A DNA stretch of 64,000 nt from Eledone cirrhosa (taxonomy: Eukaryota): NCBI GenBank assembly GCA_964016885.1, contig OZ024742.1, positions 131,626,001-131,690,000 on the forward strand. Reading direction: 5' to 3'. Below the pieces are notes generated by a model, which saw only the letters and a list, made by a program, of their open reading frames with translations, made no database searches and was not told where the DNA came from. Positions 14,036 to 27,456 of this stretch are shown here, piece after piece. Every line of letters starts with the position of its first letter. The first letter of the stretch is position 1. The translations under genes and the position numbers were made by a program.

Positions 14036-14079
<44 letters not shown>

Positions 14080-14099
14080 TAAGTATGTATGTATATTAT

Positions 14100-14320
14100 A
14101 TTTAATTTGTTGCGATACAACAAGCAAAATATTTTTATAACTTATATAAAGCACTCAACAAATTATTGGATTAATATACAATATATAATATTTAATTATA
14201 AAACTAACCTATATTATATTTTATCTAATGAAAGCGCACCATGGTTTGCTCTGGTGGCCCTTGAAATATGTATAATGAAATAAATATGGTTTTATAAATA
14301 TAGTTTCCATTTGTTAAGAT

Positions 14321-14327
<7 letters not shown>
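14100..14327 (+). mobile_element. Rearranged copy of the hammerhead element at 42499-42968
   Basis: 14195-14325 resembles 42750-42883, with the core mutated to CTAATGA. 14100-14180 is the reverse complement of 42880-42957. Confidence 0.8.
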
Positions 14328-14359
<32 letters not shown>

Positions 14360-14548
14360 GCCGCCTCTACGGCATTTTAACAGCTTCCTTACACCGAGTT
14401 ATCCCATTTTCCTATGAATTCTAATACACACGCCTCTCAAAACTCGATGTCCGAGTTAATTTTATTTACACACACACACACATACACACACATGTATATA
14501 AATGTACATGTATATATAGATATATATACTGGTATATATATATATATA

Positions 14549-14892
14549 TTAGGGTTGCCCTTATATTTTTACTTTCTAAAAGTTTAGCTCCCCCCCCCCC
14601 TATCTTGTTTCAGTAAACAAAAAAACAAATCTATGCAAAACTTTTGAAGTCTTCGTCTGGAAAATCATTTTTTCAGAACAAAATTGTTTATCTTATATTA
14701 TTTTCTCTTAAATTAAAAACTTGTTCAGACTTATTCTTGGTATTAGAAGGATAAGTGACAATAAATATAATGGGGAAGGCAACTTGCAAACTGTGGATAG
14801 AGCACATGTATAGAGCAAACACCTGTTTTTCGCTGTGACAGATGCAACATTTTAACTTTCGGAAAATTACGTTTTGTTAAGGGTCAAACTAA
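14549..14892. mobile_element. Possible MITE
   Basis: Imperfect terminal inverted repeats ttagggttgccctta / taagggtcaaactaa in a TA context. Confidence 0.35.
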
Positions 14893-14948
14893 TATACATA
14901 TATCCGTATGTGTTTGATAGCTGAGAGAAATGAGTACTCGGTATTGAG

Positions 14949-14995
<47 letters not shown>

Positions 14996-15000
<5 letters not shown>

Positions 15001-15143
15001 AGAACTTTCGTATTTCTAAAGAAACACGGGGGGGGGGGGGGCTAAAGCCTTCTGGTGGTGTCCAGCAGAAGTATTTCTTTAGAAATATTAAATTGGTATA
15101 CATATTGTATAAAGCTATGCTTGAAGCGAAATCTTATTTCTTT
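14996..15143. repeat. Inverted, deleted fragment of the retrozyme-like family
   Basis: 14996-15071 matches 27122-27232 with a deletion. 15071-15143 matches 31849-31920. Confidence 0.8.
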
Positions 15144-15153
15144 CATATATATA

Positions 15154-16181
15154 TCTGTATATATATAAAATTAAGTATGTGTGTGTGTGTGTCTGTGTGT
15201 CTGTGTATTACCTATAGGGGCCTACATCTTACGACTGATTTTAATGAAACTTTACAGGCTTAAACATTAGTCATCGAGGAGATTTTTTTCTATATATCAG
15301 CGTATCGTTTTCTTTATTCCGGGGTCATTCTGCAGATAAAAATCAATAGGGGGGGGTGGGGGTCACTTTTTTTTAGGTATCGAAAAATAAGATTTTGGGC
15401 TCTAGCTCCCACATTTTGCCAACGGTTTCATTCAAATTGTAAAGCAAAATAGAATTTATCACTGCACATCCTGTAAGGGCTTTAGATTTTGCATTTATTG
15501 TTCAGGGACGGCGTGTTAGCCGCTTAAATATTTAAAAATACCACTTTTACACTCAAATTTCCGCTTTTTCGGCTCTAGCTCCCACATTAATCAACCTACT
15601 TTGTTTAAATTTTACACTACACTAGATCTGATTATCTCACGTCTGAAAGTGGCTTTAAATTTTGGATTTTTTCTTCAAGAACGGTGTGGCAGCCACTTAA
15701 ATTTTCGAAAATACCACCTTTTTGCTCAAATTTCGGCCTTTTCGGCTCTAGCTCCCACATTTTTCAACCGATTTCATTCAAATTCGAAACTTCGGCCCCA
15801 CCTCGCACATAAATCAATTTATTTGGTTCAACTTTTATACTACGATAGAATCTATCATTGCACATCTTATAGTTGGTCAGAGGCAAAACGATGGCCACTG
15901 ACGTCGTCTGAGCTTTTAGTTGTGTATTTGAGAATTCATCGCTTTCCAATCAAGTTGCGTGAGGAAATTTGGCTAAGTGTTAGAGGTCATTACCTCCCTC
16001 CCCCAGCATGCCCCTTCGTCGGTCACCCGCGTTTCTCAGTGATAGAGGTTATCACCACCCTCCCTGCATGGCTTGTGTGTTGCCATAGATGAGTCATCTA
16101 GAAGCAGTCGCTAAGATCAACACCTTTTCATCAAAGCAGATATTATTTTACCTACCCAGGCAACGCTGGGTACTGCTGTTA

Positions 16182-16182
<1 letters not shown>
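15154..16182 (+). mobile_element. Non-autonomous Helitron
   Basis: 5' TC start, subterminal hairpin tacccag-gcaacg-ctgggta (16153-16172), TTAG end, A|T insertion site. Internal 173-bp repeats (ggctctagctcccacatt at 15398, 15571, 15744). Confidence 0.75.
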
Positions 16183-16256
<74 letters not shown>

Positions 16257-16283
16257 TAGAGAGAGAGAGAGAGAGAGAGATAA

Positions 16284-16545
16284 AAGATTGATAAGGATTA
16301 AAAACTAAAAATTAAAGATTTAAAATATTTAACTTTTAGTTTTTAATCTTTATTAATTCTTGTTAATTGTACTCAACATTTAATGGGATGAACTTTACTA
16401 ATACATCAAAACCAATAATACTGTATATACTTTATATAGATTATAAAACTCTTTTGTAAAAAGAATTGTCCCTCTCAATTTTTCAATAATGCCACTTTGA
16501 CGAAAAGGAAAAAAAAAGAAGAAAAACAGACCCTTAAATATAATA
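16284..16545 (+). repeat. AT-rich hairpin plus fragment of the Penelope terminal repeat seen at 47100-47428
   Basis: Shared aaaagaattgtcc...ttttcaataatgccactttgacgaa...aaaaacagacccttaaatata. Confidence 0.6.
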
Positions 16546-16710
16546 GGATGAAAGGAGAGCAATAAGAGCAATGAGAGCAATGAAAAAAGGAGAGCAATGA
16601 GAAAAGGAGATCAAAGAGAGTAAGGATAAAAGGGGAGCAAAGAGAGCAATGGGAAAAGGGGAGAAAAGAGAGCTTGGAATCCGCCGTGTCACCGGTTATT
16701 GACCGCACAA

Positions 16711-17255
16711 ACAGTATTTTAAATTGTAGGCTTAATCATAACTTTAAAATTTATGATGCCTCCTTCTACTAGCCCTTTAACTAAATCCCCGACCAGTGTG
16801 AATAACTAAAAATCGTTTGGTATACACGATCATCAGCCGACGGTGGTGGGCTTCCCGCTAGCACCCCCGGCGCTTGAGACTGTTAACATTCCTGGAGTGC
16901 TCGGAAAAATAAATTTCCCTTTCTTTCGGTAGACGACAATACTCGGAACGGTTGACACGCCATTGGGCCCCGGGTGGGCTGGGAGTCCGCAACGTCGCTG
17001 GTTACTGACCGCCAAATATGGGCTTAATCTTAACTTTATATTCTACCCTGAAACTTTATCGTGACTATCAATAATACACTTAACTTTTTCATAAACGCCT
17101 CCTTCTGTAAATTCTTTAACTTAAATCACCCAACTTTAAACCTAAATCTTACTTTTCTAATCTCATCTTAAATGACAGCTTTTAATTCTAAACATAATTT
17201 TTACATTTCTAATCGTTAATCGCAATTTCTGACCCTACAATTAAAAATATACTGT
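16711..17255. mobile_element. Possible TIR element (MITE) with a GC-rich interior
   Basis: About 20-bp imperfect inverted ends acagtattttaaattgtagg / cctacaattaaaaatatactgt. Confidence 0.4.
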
Positions 17256-17349
17256 ACAGGCGCCCACTATATATAGCTTTGTTAAAGATATATGTGTTTT
17301 CAAAAAAATATATTTCTTAGCACATTTTAGCACTTCTGAACAATTTCAA

Positions 17350-17638
17350 TGTAACATGACCCCATCGCTAGCCTCTGTCCATGGCGAAGTGGTAGTAGTA
17401 CACTATAAGCTTACGCCCCTTCACCAGAAAGACATAAGAAGAATTGGTAGTCGTCACTTGAGGCGACCGACCGGACTAGAAACTGCTAAATATTTGGCCG
17501 CCTTCTTGTCTCTCTGCCTTTTCAGCCCCATGGATTATATTCCTTTGTTAAATTTCAAATACCTGATGATGTCACCGGATTCATACTGAAGCCGGTCATT
17601 GAAATGTTCATAGTACAATAAACCTTTAAGGAATTACA
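17350..17638 (+). mobile_element. Solo-LTR-like sequence containing a hammerhead-like core
   Basis: TGTAA...TTACA ends, TATAAG near 17404, AATAAA at 17617, CTGATGA at 17563 and GAAA at 17601. No TSD seen. Confidence 0.45.
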
Positions 17639-17653
17639 CCAGTCCAGCCTCCT

Positions 17654-17900
17654 CAAAAGTGACACAGAGGAGACTGAGGTTAGCTGGACATACTCACCGA
17701 CATCCAGAGTTGACATTGCACTCAGTGCTCCTGTGAGAGCCCCTACATGAATACACTGGAAATGGAGGACAAAGCTTAACGTATGTTGATGCCCTAAGGA
17801 CAGACACTGGTCTTCTGGAGACGCAGGACATGGCAGCGATAATGAGGGACAGAGACCGCTGGATAGATCTCGTCCATGGATCTCCGGAATTTTACCATCC
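17654..17900 (+). mobile_element. RTE-group LINE 3' remnant
   Basis: KVTQRRLRLAGHTHRHPE...YVDALRTDTG...MRDRDRW C-terminal motif. Confidence 0.7.
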
Positions 17901-17924
17901 CTAGATATATATATATATATATAT

Positions 17925-19490
17925 TTCTAGACACCTTGCTGGGACACGCAAACAACTCTGAGGAGGTGTTGGAGCCCCTGTATCAAATGGAGCCCGACAC
18001 CAGAAAGGCTAACAGGTTTGCCTTCAGCCTTGATGTGGTCGCTCTTTACACCCGGTCCCGGCACCCCCGGCGTTGATATACTGATGAAACGCGTTCAATC
18101 TACCAACATACATTGCTTCGGGCTCACCCCCACTGACATCTACCAGCTCCTATCCGTCGTCGGTGACAACACGTATTTCGGTTTTCTCGACCAAACATAC
18201 CGGCAAACATTGGGGCTACCCATGGGCTCAAGCCTGTCAGGTGTGCTAGCGATCTCATACATGGACAGCCTCGAGCGCAAGGCACTCAACACCCGCCACC
18301 CCAACGCTGTCATCTTTTTCTCAAGGTACGTGGACGACATCCTTATCCTCACATCTTCCCAGGAGATGGCGAGCGGAATTTATGAGACGTTCAACAACAC
18401 GGACGAGAATATTGACTTCAGTGTTGAACACCCCAACGACGACGGGTCCCTTGACCTCCTCCACTTCCGAATCAACATCACGGAGCAGGGAGGGATCCAC
18501 ACCAACTTCTATCACAAGGCAGCCTGCAGGGATTTGTTCGTCCACTACAAGTCTGCCCTCCCAAACAGTGCTAAAAGAGGGTATATCACGAACGAGATCA
18601 TGCGAATTAAAAACAGATGTAGCGACCCCGTGAGTGGTGTCACCCACACCAAGTGGTTCCTCGGGGTGCTGGAGACGAACGGATACCCAGCCTCGCTTAC
18701 AAACAGAGTAAGAGACACCAGACGCAAGAGGTAGAGAAACACCCAAGTCATGTGCTTCCTTAAAAATCCCGCATCTGTGCCAGAAAACCACCAACGCTAT
18801 CCGCAGGGCTATACGGAGAGAGGGCCTTGACATCCACCTGGCCCACTCGAGCCCCTCCCTACGCAGATGCCTCTCAGGAAACCGGGGAAATCGACTGACG
18901 CGTGTTCCCTCAGAAACTATCCGATGCACCAAACGAACTGTTGCTTACGCACATACGTTGTATACAAGTGCAACCATTACTATATCGTTAGCACAATCCG
19001 GACGCTACATATCCAGATCAAAGAGCACATCAACACCAGGGCCTCGTCTTTCCGGAAACACATAACGAAATGCGGAAACAAAGACGGAAGGCCCATTGTC
19101 ACAGTCCTAGCGATATAACGCAACGTTGGTACATTACGAATCAAGGAAGCACTTTGGATCAAACGCCTAGGACCACAAATAAATAACCGATCCGAGAGAA
19201 ACGAGACAACAGCACACACACACAGTGGCATTCGAACGATTGTTATTGCTTGACCGCACCTATTCCGCACGCACGTGCGCTCTACAGAATATCTCAGTTA
19301 CACACAAACAGCGAACAACAGAGGCCACGTATCGTTCCTCTCCGACAGATACCTTTCTCCCTCGGAAAACCCCTCAGTTGATAGATGCCAAATCCTAAAT
19401 ATAGGGACAATTAAATCTCTCCCAAGGAAATATCGAGATATCGATAAGGGACGGTGAAAAGTTACAATCGAAAGTTGCACACGTTCGTGA
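17925..19490 (+). mobile_element. Penelope-like element, degenerate RT plus GIY-YIG
   Basis: FSLDVVALYT, GLPMGSSLSGVLA, RYVDD, FYHK, then YVVYKC...YYIVSTIRTLHIQIKEH, with frameshifts. Confidence 0.88.
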
Positions 19491-19519
19491 AGTTAGTAAC
19501 CTTAAGACATGGAAATAAT

Positions 19520-19662
19520 TGTGCATTACTGGTACTTTATTTTATCGACTCCGTAAGGATGAAAGGCAAAGTTAACTTCGGCGGGATTTGAACTCAGACC
19601 GGAAAGGGATGTAACTCGATGCTGGAAAGTATGGCGTCTGACCCTCTCCTGCTACTGCCAAA
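19520..19662 (-). mobile_element. tRNA-derived SINE (Meta/MESC-type core)
   Basis: B-box-like GAGTTCAAATCCC and core CCTTTCATCCTTACGGAGTCGATAAAATAAAGTACCAG. 26-bp direct repeats at 19494-19519 and 19668-19693. Confidence 0.88.
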
Positions 19663-20014
19663 CAAAGTAGTAACCTTAAGAAATGGAAATAATACAAGTT
19701 GATAGAACACAGAGAAAATCGTATAGAATTTGTAAATAATTTTTTGGGGATAGGTTATTTAGAGATTAACTAAATCCCATTACTGCAGTAGGGCTACCCA
19801 CCAGGATATGGTCCAAACTTTCACTGTCATCGCTTCCGTATTAACAAGCACGAGAGGTGGCGAGAATGTCTGAACTGAAGGTTGTCAGATCACGAAAGGA
19901 GGAAACAAAGTCTGGAACTGAAAGATAGGGTGGGGCAGTAGTTCAGACGTTTTTGCAAATCCTTTTGCTTGTAAAAATACTTGTTCCTGGGCTTATGCCC
20001 TATCAACTTGTATT

Positions 20015-20194
20015 GATTGGCAGTATCGGTAGAGGGTCGGACGCCATGCTTTCCAGCATAGTTACGTCCCTTTACGATCTGAGTTCAAATCCCGCCTAGG
20101 TTAACTTTGCCTTTCATCCTTACGGTGTCGATAAAATAAAGTACCAGTAATGCACTGGGTTATTGCTGGCCTTGTGCCTAAAGTAGAAACAATT
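20015..20194 (+). mobile_element. Same SINE family
   Basis: Head, B-box, core and tail ggccttgtgcctaaagtagaaacaatt. Confidence 0.9.
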
Positions 20195-20289
20195 AATTAA
20201 ATTAAACAATTATCCGTTTTTTTTAATCAACGTATATCGTTATATATACATGCATATATATATATATGTATATATATATATATTATTAA

Positions 20290-21113
20290 AAATGTAAGCT
20301 ATCGCCGTATTTTGACTAAAGAATATTGTCAAAATATGCCGTCAGAATACGATCGTCGAGCTGCTGCTGTTGTGGAGAGACTTTGCACCGGCCACAAAGC
20401 CAACGAAATCATTGAATGGTGTAAATACCCTATAACTATGGTCTATGGACTCGCAAAGGCATATGGAGCCTCAATATACAAGGTCAATTTCAGGCCAGAA
20501 CGCAGGACTCATAAGAAGTGCTCTAGGAGCAACGAGACGCCCGAATTCTACCCCTATGTCCTCGGACTAGCTACGTGATATTTCTGGAAGAGCAGGTTAA
20601 ACCCTATGGACAGAATGGATAATGGGAAGCCATACCTCTTTTAACAAATTCCACCACCCAACCCACATTGTCTGGAGAGCCCAGACCTGGCCCTTCGCCT
20701 ACGTGTCATACCACCGGCAGCCCGAATTTTGACCCCTCTTCCTCATCCCCAGACTGTAATCCTATCCACTGTTTGACGCGTCTTGGAGATGGAGGTGAAT
20801 AGCAGGTCCTACAACACGAAGGACGCTCTCAGGGCAGCCATCACTAGCATGGTCAGAGACGCAATTGCCAAGGCCCGCTCGAGCTTCCGATTCCACCTAG
20901 TGAAATTAGTGGCCGCCTATGGTGGCCACCCTTCGTGATTTCTGTATCTCATATATGTACTTAATGTTTGTTACCTTATATATATAAATATATGCTTAAT
21001 GTTTGTACTTTATATATGTGCATAAAGTTTCATTGATATATATTAATTTGATACATAAAAAACACTGTTTTTATTATCCATTAATGTTTTCCGGAGTTAT
21101 CTGTGCCACACTA
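20290..21113 (+). mobile_element. Degenerate Tc1/mariner-superfamily transposon
   Basis: HTH-like N-terminus, KPYLF.Q remnant, SSPDCNP (WPxxSPDLNP-like) near 20740-20765, TIR-like right end followed by TA. Confidence 0.7.
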
Positions 21114-21404
21114 TATATATAAACAAGTATTGCACCAAGAAAAATATAGACTTCGGCGAGAATGGAGAGTAAACATTTATTGGCTTTAACATATATATGT
21201 ATGTATATTAAAAGGCAGAGATTCAATTGATTCAATAGAATATTCGATTGATTTAAATAGAGAATTCTTGGTCAATTCAAATAAAAATATCGACAATGTT
21301 TTCTTGTCCTATGTGCGTATATATGTAGAGAATATACATATGTTAAATTAGAGTTAACGAATTCTGTTGTTCACATCAATAATTCCTTTTGCAATATCTA
21401 TAAT

Positions 21405-21579
21405 TGTTTCTACTTTAGGCACAAGGCCAGCGATTACCCAGTGCATTACTGGTACTTTATTTTATCGACCTCGTAAGGATAAAAGGCAAAGTCAACCTCG
21501 GCGGGATTTGAACTCAGATCGTAAAGGGACGTAACTATGCTGGAAAGCATGGCGTCCGACCATCTACCGATACTGCCAA
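21405..21579 (-). mobile_element. Same SINE family
   Basis: Near-exact reverse complement of 20015-20194. TSD caatatctataat at 21392-21404 and 21577-21589. Confidence 0.92.
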
Positions 21580-22175
21580 TATCTATAATGGCTTATATTT
21601 GTAATTGAATACGAGCATGTGTACTATTTTATATTTGAGGTAAGTTAATTCTCGCACATGTTGCAATGGCATAATTTTAGGGAATTGATTTGGTGATTTC
21701 GTCACACATTTGTTGGTTGTGTGGGCTATACCTTTACATAATGACAATCCTATTAGTCCTATGTAATATTGTAAACAACCACATCATATTATCACATAGA
21801 TTATATTTTCATCTTTCCTGATAGGATTGTCTATATTTAAATTTCAACTCTGGTTCTGCAGTTATGAATATACAGTAACACAGGTTGAACACGTGCATTT
21901 TTATAACAGCCCGACTGGGGATAGGCTTGTAGATTTTTGTCACGGTAATGATATTGTTTAGTGTTTTAAATTGTCTTTTAATTTGTGGTGTCGTGTTTTC
22001 TCTCGCCGACCAATGAGAATAATGCATTGAAGGTGTATTTTGGTCATAATATCCATCTTTCAAAAGAATATTGTCTGATCTTCAATAGTTGTACTATCGG
22101 CTTCTAAGATGCAATGGAGGTGTGACACATTTATAATTGATAAAAACTCAACGCACGTGCACATATACCACCTGG

Positions 22176-22241
<66 letters not shown>

Positions 22242-22405
22242 CCATACACACATACATATATATATATATGTATATATACGAGTGTGTGCATATATGTATC
22301 GTATATGTGTATATATGTATAGTATATGCAAACACACATGTAATGTATGTATATCTGTATCAATGCATACATATATACAGACATATATACAGACATACAT
22401 ACAAA

Positions 22406-22995
22406 TATGGTGGCTGCCAACTCGTTTTCGAGTACGGCCACTACTTTATATCCATGTAGGAGAACCCCTACCGATGCGCTGAACGAGTGTGGCTTTTTAG
22501 TCCAGCCAGCGACTTGAAAACTCTGGTACAAACACTACACTTGTGACAATTATTGACACATAGTGCTGGGCCCATGGTACCATGTGACGACAAGTGCAGA
22601 GAGATCTCCAGATATAAAGCAATGCCTGTGCCGTGAAGCTTTTATAGTGAGCAAAGGCACTGCACAAAGCCAGTCCCACTCTCTTAACCAAGATGATATT
22701 TACCAAAAAGAAGAACAAATCAACATCATTGGATACCATCACGGTTGCAGGTGTTATATCAGAGTTTTCCTTCCCTTAGAATTCTGCCTTGACAAAGGCT
22801 AAGGGGTCATCTCTCCAGGTGATTTTGGATGGCCATTGACTCTTAAGAGCTCCTTTGCCCTTTGACAGGTTTTGTTTTTAGTCCTGCAGGATGTCTAAAG
22901 TCACCCTCCTCACCAAGAAACCTTGGTGGGATTGCCAGTTTAGTCGCCAACGATCCGACCATTAGACAGGTTGTATGGGATTCATGTTACCATGT
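22406..22995 (-). mobile_element. Non-coding (TATG)n-tailed repeat family, copy 1
   Basis: Shares blocks with 24254-24670 and 26503-27015 (tgtgcc.tgaagctttt, ca.tcccact, gcaggtgtta, tcaccctcctcaccaag). (CATA)n flanks. Confidence 0.6.
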
Positions 22996-24253
22996 ATACA
23001 TACATACATACATACATACATACATACATACATACATACATACTTACATACCAATAAATGTATATGCATGTGTGTGATTATCTATGTATACATAATGAAG
23101 GAAGGAAAAATGACAGTGAATTTGATAAAAACAAAGTTAGAAAAACATTAACAAAAGAGATAAAGAAAGTATCGAGGGAAGGAAGAAAAGCAATTAAGAG
23201 TAAATTTAAACTGAAGCCATAACTTGTTAATAAAATTGTTTTGATCGAAAATGACACGAAATTAAAACTGCCTTTTTGTATTTCGATGACCGAAAGATGA
23301 TTAATGGAATATATTGCTAACTTGACTTTCATCTACTTTAATATATTTAATTTACTCGTGCATCTCACACCAATTTATATTTTAATCGAATTTAGCCACT
23401 TTCGTCTCTGTAAACTAAATCGGTGTAACCTAATAATCAATAAACGTGAATATGTAAACACATACAATCTTTCAATTTCTCAAGTGAGATCTTCAGATTT
23501 TTAAACATAGTTTTATCTCACTTAGATAACGGCTGTAGTAGGGGCTGTTTAAATATGACAGATTATTGATTGGAATGCAAATTGATGGTCAAATTGTTTG
23601 TTTCCGTCATGCAAACCCAAGTATAAAACTCACATTAGGCCATATTAAATCTAGTTTTAAAACTAATGAATAAGGATTCCAGAAAGCTATTCGTTATAGA
23701 GCAAGGGCAAAATCAGACAATATTCTATTCTGAATGCTAAATACATTGAAAGGTGTTTTTTTAAACCTTAATCCTATGGTTATATAAAAATGATTCTTGA
23801 TATTTCCCGTTTCTCTTCTTCCTTAGTTTCTCACACTGATACCTGAATATCTCAGTGAAGGTTAAATAGAAATCTAAATTTTGTATTGAGTATACACATT
23901 TCTCCTGGTTTGCACAGTTGTATGTTTTCCTAAAACATATATAAAGGCAAACTATATACACATCTAATTACCTAGATGCATATAAAGGTAGTGTAACCGA
24001 TCAAGTCATTTCAGTCCACCTAGTTACATAGTTGAGGTGCGACATCACTGATGCTAAGCTGTATCGTCATGTAACTTTCTTCTAGACAATATTGCTTCAT
24101 AGAGATATGTGACAGCTGGATTTCCACAAAACGCTGCACAGGCTAGTGACCTTGATAGCAACTTTCCAGGTGAAATCTCATAGTCAGTCATTACAAAAAA
24201 CCTCCACATTCATACACATATGTACATATACATATAAGCATGCATATATACAT

Positions 24254-24670
24254 AATGGCTACATCTCAGTTTCGAGAATTGCCATCCTTTGAAGCTTTTA
24301 TCATATATGGCTGGTACGAGCACAGCATTTTAGCCCTTCAAGGACTTACATTCATTTTTGCATATGCTGCAGCAAAATAAAAAAGAAAAGTCTCCGATAA
24401 CGGAACGCCCGTGGACGTCGTTTCGATCAAGTGGTACTTGTGCTTGAAGCTTTTTTGAAATGAAGAATGGCCTTACACGAGACCAATCCCACTCTTTGAC
24501 AAACGGTGATGAGTCAAAAACAAGTACAGGTGTACATTATTGGCTGCCATCGAGCCGCAGGTGTTACATCTTTCCTTCTTCTAGAATCTTGTCCTAATAA
24601 GAACATGGGTCTCTCAGTTCAAGTAGGTTAACTGCGCGCTCGGACACCGAACTGAGTATTTCAGTGCCCC
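24254..24670 (-). mobile_element. Same (TATG)n-tailed family, copy 2
   Basis: Same shared blocks. Left end atggctacatctcagtttcgagaattgccat follows a CATA-rich tract. Confidence 0.5.
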
Positions 24671-26502
24671 CGCGCATACATACACACACACATACATACA
24701 TACATATTTACATGATGATTTCCTCATGTCACAAATTCATCATGGCCGTTCCGACAAATCTACTCACTCCCAGGTGATTTACAATCAAGCATCAAAAGAC
24801 ACGACCAAGACACCACTCGAGACTCTGACATCACTGCAACATAGGACACATCGGCACAGGGGATATGGAATGATATCTGCTCCCGCCTATACTATATCTC
24901 CAGACGTGATGATCCAACCGAATTAGTGGTATTTTATTGGTGCAAATTCACATGACACCCAAATACCTGCGGCAATATATGTATGTATATCTATATATAT
25001 AGATACATACATAACATTAGCCCAATGTTGTATGGTGCCAAATCGTCAGAGTCTTGGCCTGCATAACTCTGTAGAGTAATAATTGAAGGTTAATATATGA
25101 CCTTAATCGGAATGAGACAATGTCGATCGGTTTACCAGCCAATGTATTTATATCTAGATATCATCAACATATTTATAATTCTAGAGACATAACAGGTAAG
25201 ATACAACACAGCTGGGAAGACGCGTATGAAATGTGAAAATTAGAAACTTATGCTATAAGATTTCATGATAAATTCTGGAATGTACTAAAACTTCCAAACA
25301 ATCTAATTATTTCAGTTTATTATATTATGGAAACACTTAATTCACACAACACAGGAAATCATCGTCAGTATTCATTAAAATACCCCACGGTTAACAATTA
25401 TTTTTCAGCCACATATTTAAATGATGATATCAGGATGAATTTCGCTTACTCACACATTAAAACAAACACATTCCACACACACACTAACTCACTCCCCTCC
25501 CCCCACACACACGCTCTCAGACAGAGGCTCTCTTTTTAACAGACGCTGGAGAAATGGGTCTTTGTGGGAGGAAATATATTTAGTAGAAATCAGACCCCGA
25601 TTACAATACGTTTAGTCTGTTGAAGATAGTACATTTACGATGTCCTCTATAATAAAACAAAATTGAATTGATATTCTATATCTTTCAATTATATATAAAT
25701 TATTATAAAATATATAATTCATCCTTTGGGATATATCTATACTATCTTATTCGTTATTTATTAGATATTTTTTCCTTTGCTTCTGAAAATTCCATTGAAA
25801 CTTTCTAATTTTTAGAACATAAACATCTTTATCCTATTCTGTATTGGAATTCCATTGAGATTGATAGAAATCGATATATTTTATGAACATTAGTATCAAG
25901 GACTATTGAGCAAAGCATTTCTGTTTAAATAGATTCTATTTTTTTTCTTATTGATTCTACGAATTGGTTTTTCATTAACACGAAGCCAGAGACATGTATG
26001 TGATAGAAAATGGGAGGTTATGGCCTGCATACCATTCAAAATAGTATTAACGACATTGCTTTAGTATAGTAACTACATTTCTGAATAAAGCAATTCGCTA
26101 ATGATACTCTTTCCGATAGGCTTAGAAGACACAATTTTCAGATTTTCTTGTTACAATAAATAACAGCAAAGCAAATGCTTCAACCGTTTTGCATCTCATC
26201 TTTTCAGGGAAAAGAAAACAAATTCATATTCTGCCACCAGGATAGCAAAGTGAAATATTTAATGCATTTCTATAAATATATGTTTTACCCCCAACTCCCC
26301 TGATCGCTCTGAGAGAAACAGTAGCCTAATCTAAAACAAATCTCAATCTACAATCTTAAATCAGGGGAATAGAAAATATATATATGTCTGAGAAATTGAC
26401 GTAATCATGATCAGAAGACCTTTGATAATAGAGCTATTCAATGATATATATACATATATACATACACACATACATACATACGTACATACATACATTCATA
26501 CA

Positions 26503-27015
26503 TGATGGCTACAAACTCTGCAATTGCTTGTCAGATTACAGAAAATGGTACACTTTAGGCTACGGCCAGCCACACAAACATGTAACATAGCCTGAATAAG
26601 CAATGCATGTGCCTTGAAGGTTTTTTAAGTGTTGAAAGGCTTTGCATTCGACCAATCCCACTATCTGAGCCTCGAAAACACTACCAGAAAAGGAGTACTG
26701 GTAAACATCATCGGATGCTTCAGAAGCCGCAGGTTATTTTTCAGTTTCCCTCTTTTAGAAAGGTGTTGTGACAACAACTGGGGACCTTTCATTCCCAGGT
26801 AAAAAAAAAAAAGAATAATACGATCTAGATGGCCGTTGACTCTGCCGAGTTCCTCCGCCCTTTGCCGGGTCTTGTATTTTATCCCGCAGGGTGTCCAAAT
26901 ATCACCCTCCTCACCAAGCAAGCTTCGTGGTGTTGCCGGTTTTGTCCCCGAGGATCCGATATGACGCAGATTGTACATGTTACATGTTACCAGTAGCACT
27001 CAAGAGTGACCTGAC
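26503..27015 (-). mobile_element. Same (TATG)n-tailed family, copy 3
   Basis: 26690-26990 aligns with 22715-22992. (CATA)n at the left. Confidence 0.6.
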
Positions 27016-27030
27016 ATACTACATAAATAT

Positions 27031-27094
<64 letters not shown>

Positions 27095-27121
27095 ATATAT
27101 ATATATATATATTTATATATA

Positions 27122-27450
27122 TGTATAGAAATTTCGTATTTCTAAAGAAATACGGTTTTAGGAAACCGTAGCTATGCAAACACTTGGGGGGGGGGGGGGG
27201 GGCTGACGCCCTCTGCTGGTGTCCAGCAGAAGCGAGGGGACAACCGTCTATGCATTTCAGGCTTGACTGGCCTTCGTCAGGACGATCCCTCCCACCGCTT
27301 GCGACTGCTGGACTTGAAAACAACCGAGGGTATAATGTCTTCTCGTCTGTGTAAATGAGGAGATTAATCTCATTTGCATATGAAGCTGCTTAAGTTGGCT
27401 CCACTTATAATAGAAAAAAAAATAAGATTTCAATTTAAGCATAGCTTTAT
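27122..27450 (-). mobile_element. Retrozyme-like element, one permuted monomer
   Basis: Reverse complement of the 31.5-31.9 kb repeat; abuts (TA)n. Confidence 0.85.
27242..27287 (-). ncRNA. Minimal type I hammerhead ribozyme
   Basis: GAUCGUC-CUGACGA-AGGC(cagucaa)GCCU-GAAA-UGCA-UA-GACGGUU. Full core, 7-bp stem I, 4-bp stem II, 1-bp stem III with a palindromic UGCA loop. Confidence 0.85.
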
Positions 27451-27456
27451 CTGAAA

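Noticed and set aside
15601-16092. 163-aa ORF
   Set aside because: It lies within the internal repeats of a non-autonomous Helitron and has no recognisable domain.
20015-20100. tRNA gene (also at the other GTTCAAATCCC sites)
   Set aside because: No cloverleaf can be formed; the B-box belongs to SINE heads.
23080-26450. Host exons in unique AT-rich sequence (e.g. AG|GTAAG near 25195)
   Set aside because: Only isolated splice-like motifs with no coding signal; RNA-seq would be needed.
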